Of a DNA stretch of 45,753 bases, positions 44,261-45,753 are shown piece after piece. Position numbers and translations under genes: made by a program. Below the pieces are notes generated by a model. That model did no database searches. It worked only from the letters and a program-made list of their open reading frames with translations, and had not been told where the DNA came from. The stretch covers positions 17,777 through 63,529 of the forward strand of contig CAZTRD010000004.1 in NCBI GenBank assembly GCA_964616145.1. The letters are read 5' to 3'. This DNA comes from an uncultured Candidatus Saccharibacteria bacterium (GTDB lineage: Bacteria > Patescibacteriota > Minisyncoccia > Minisyncoccales > PEYH01). The first letter of the stretch is position 1, and every line of letters begins with the position of its first letter.

Positions 44261-44797
44261 ATGTCAGCCAAAAGATGGTATAGTGTAGGTTTTCGAATAA
44301 GAAATGAGTTAAGAGCATCAGTATCTTCTCCTTACACTAGGGCTAAAAGGTTATCCAAACTCCGTAATTTGGATGAGGATTCTACGGATATCCTTTCCTT
44401 ACGTTCTTGGAAAAATCTAAATAAAGCAAAAAAACAGTGGGAAAGTAAATTTTTATCTTTAAGAAGTTATTTTAAAACATATATAAAACAATATCAAAAA
44501 GATATGGAAAGTTTTAATCCATATTTTGAATATTTACAAAATTTAATTTATTGTAAAACATGCGGGAGAGAATTTAGATATAGAAAAAGGTATTTAAAAG
44601 GATATAGGGATTACATTCTAGAAATTTACGTAGATAGATACTACTTCCCCATATATACAGAAGAGGTTCACGAAAGACGTTCTTATAAAAGTAAGAAAGG
44701 ATGTTTTCCTCCGTCCCCTTTGGTTCCCCCTTCTGTATATTATAATAGGGAATACTGTAGAAAGATTTTGGAAGAGAAGTATCCTCTACCTTTCTAA
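44261..44797 (+). CDS. hypothetical basic protein (RSWK...KKQW motif)
   Basis: In-frame ATG 44261 after AGGTG; track start overlaps a tRNA. Confidence 0.65.
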   Translation: MSAKRWYSVGFRIRNELRASVSSPYTRAKRLSKLRNLDEDSTDILSLRSWKNLNKAKKQWESKFLSLRSYFKTYIKQYQKDMESFNPYFEYLQNLIYCKTCGREFRYRKRYLKGYRDYILEIYVDRYYFPIYTEEVHERRSYKSKKGCFPPSPLVPPSVYYNREYCRKILEEKYPLPF

Positions 44798-44799
44798 AT

Positions 44800-44877
44800 A
44801 TATCCTCAGCAAGGGGTGTGTTGCCGGTGGACTCCAAATCTACTGTGAATAAGAAAGTTCGATTCTTTCGGGATGTG
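44800..44877 (+). tRNA. tRNA-Trp(CCA)
   Basis: ATATCCT/GGGATGT-G; GTGGA-CTCCAAA-TCTAC; GAAAG-TTCGATT-CTTTC. Confidence 0.8.
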
Positions 44878-44898
44878 CTGAAAATAAAGAATTTGTTT

Positions 44899-44974
44899 TG
44901 GGGGATGGTGTAATTGGCTGCATGGAAGATTTTGATTCTTCAGGTTTAGGGTTCGAGTCCCTATCCCCCAGCCA
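44899..44974 (+). tRNA. tRNA-Gln(TTG)
   Basis: TGGGGGA/TCCCCCA-G-CCA; GAAGA-TTTTGAT-TCTTC. Confidence 0.93.
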
Positions 44975-45030
44975 ATTTATAATTTGTGTTGAAGTTTATT
45001 GAAAAGTAAAAAGTAAAAAGGAAAACTGGA

Positions 45031-45525
45031 ATGGAAACATTCAGAACGTATGTGTATGAAAGCAAGGATATTCCGGGAATGATTCCTGGAGGATGTATTC
45101 ACGCCAGCACAATTCAAGAAGGTGCCTGTGTGAAGGTGGGGCTGGCTTTTTGTAGTCCGGAAGATGCGTTTGAAATGCAGAAAGCTGCAGTTAAGAGTAT
45201 GGGTAGGGCTGTAGGAAAGTTATCCTGCAAGAACGGTGATACCCAGAAATACGCCCCCAACGCATTCCTTATAGCGCTGGAAATTATTACAGATGAAAAT
45301 ATCTTTGATCGTATCTTACGTGTATTGACAGCTGTTGCTGACGGTAGTTATTTCAAGATACATAGGAAGGGAAAGCATATAAATGCAGCACATATGATTG
45401 CTGACGGGAGAATTGATGGTGTTTTTGCAGTTTTAGGAAACATCAACATCCCGTCATGGTGCTGCCCGAAGAAACTTAAGAAAAATAGAAATAATACGAA
45501 AGAACAACCTAAGGAATTGGAATAG
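45031..45525 (+). CDS. hypothetical protein
   Basis: GLAFCSPEDAF..K...S.GR pattern; AAGGA RBS. Confidence 0.75.
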   Translation: METFRTYVYESKDIPGMIPGGCIHASTIQEGACVKVGLAFCSPEDAFEMQKAAVKSMGRAVGKLSCKNGDTQKYAPNAFLIALEIITDENIFDRILRVLTAVADGSYFKIHRKGKHINAAHMIADGRIDGVFAVLGNINIPSWCCPKKLKKNRNNTKEQPKELE

Positions 45526-45609
45526 GAACAGCCTAAAGAATTGAAGGAATGCTGGAACATGTAATGTTCTGCATTCCTTCTAAGTTTGAGCAACAGGCAA
45601 AAAGGAGAT

Positions 45610-45753
45610 ATGATGGAAGCTGAGTATAAAGATTTTATACCTTTAATGGAGTACGATTCCTTCGGGAATTTGATTCATTATAAGGACTCAGACGGTTATG
45701 AGGAATGGAGGGAGTACGATCCCTCAGGGAATCTGATTCGTTACAGGAATTCA
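45610..45753 (+). CDS. YD-like repeat protein, 3'-truncated by the window end
   Basis: AAGGAG RBS; EYDSFGNLIHYKDSDGYEEWR-EYDPSGNLIRYRNS repeat. Confidence 0.7.
   Translation, partial: MMEAEYKDFIPLMEYDSFGNLIHYKDSDGYEEWREYDPSGNLIRYRNS

Noticed and set aside
2012-45593. Minus-strand ORFs in the track
   Set aside because: All are short antisense shadows of + strand genes, tRNAs or spacers, with no recognisable motifs.
1-45753. Stop-codon reassignment (TAG or TGA recoding)
   Set aside because: Genes are long and densely tiled in code 11, conserved genes end properly at TAG (ligase, vWA) and TGA (nrdD), and no CTA/TCA/TTA-anticodon suppressor tRNA was found.
45610-45753. Rhs toxin or DGR target
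   Set aside because: Only about two repeats are visible before the window ends, and no reverse transcriptase or template repeat is present.

Overview
This AT-rich, gene-dense window is a segment of a large dsDNA bacteriophage (standard code 11), and essentially all real genes are on the + strand. The first 25 kb is a replication and nucleotide-metabolism arm: ATP-dependent DNA ligase, a family A DNA polymerase split by a group I intron (4660-5590) carrying an HNH endonuclease, a probable SSB, a RecA/UvsX-like recombinase, a degenerate DEDD exonuclease, RuvC, a GP88-like Cys protein, class III RNR (NrdD) with a CxxC redoxin, a MoxR-type AAA+ ATPase with a metallopeptidase-vWA partner, a GT2 glycosyltransferase and a lipoprotein/TM protein. 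From 25.6 to 45.0 kb lies a dispersed array of 21 tRNA genes interleaved with small ORFs and several non-tRNA structured spacers. Most notable: (i) nine largely unrelated proteins share a register-fixed C-terminal tail, three of them immediately upstream of the MoxR/vWA pair; (ii) a DIP1984/DUF6847-like coiled-coil gene is followed by a 236-nt structured RNA with repeated CCGAAU loops and 7-nt phased GUA repeats; (iii) a ~340-nt pseudoknotted ncRNA candidate and several smaller ones; (iv) non-canonical tRNAs (long-V-arm Thr, C33 loops, co-varied elbows, duplicated Ile-UAU). All family calls come from motif recognition by eye and all RNA folds from manual pairing; no database search or folding program was run.
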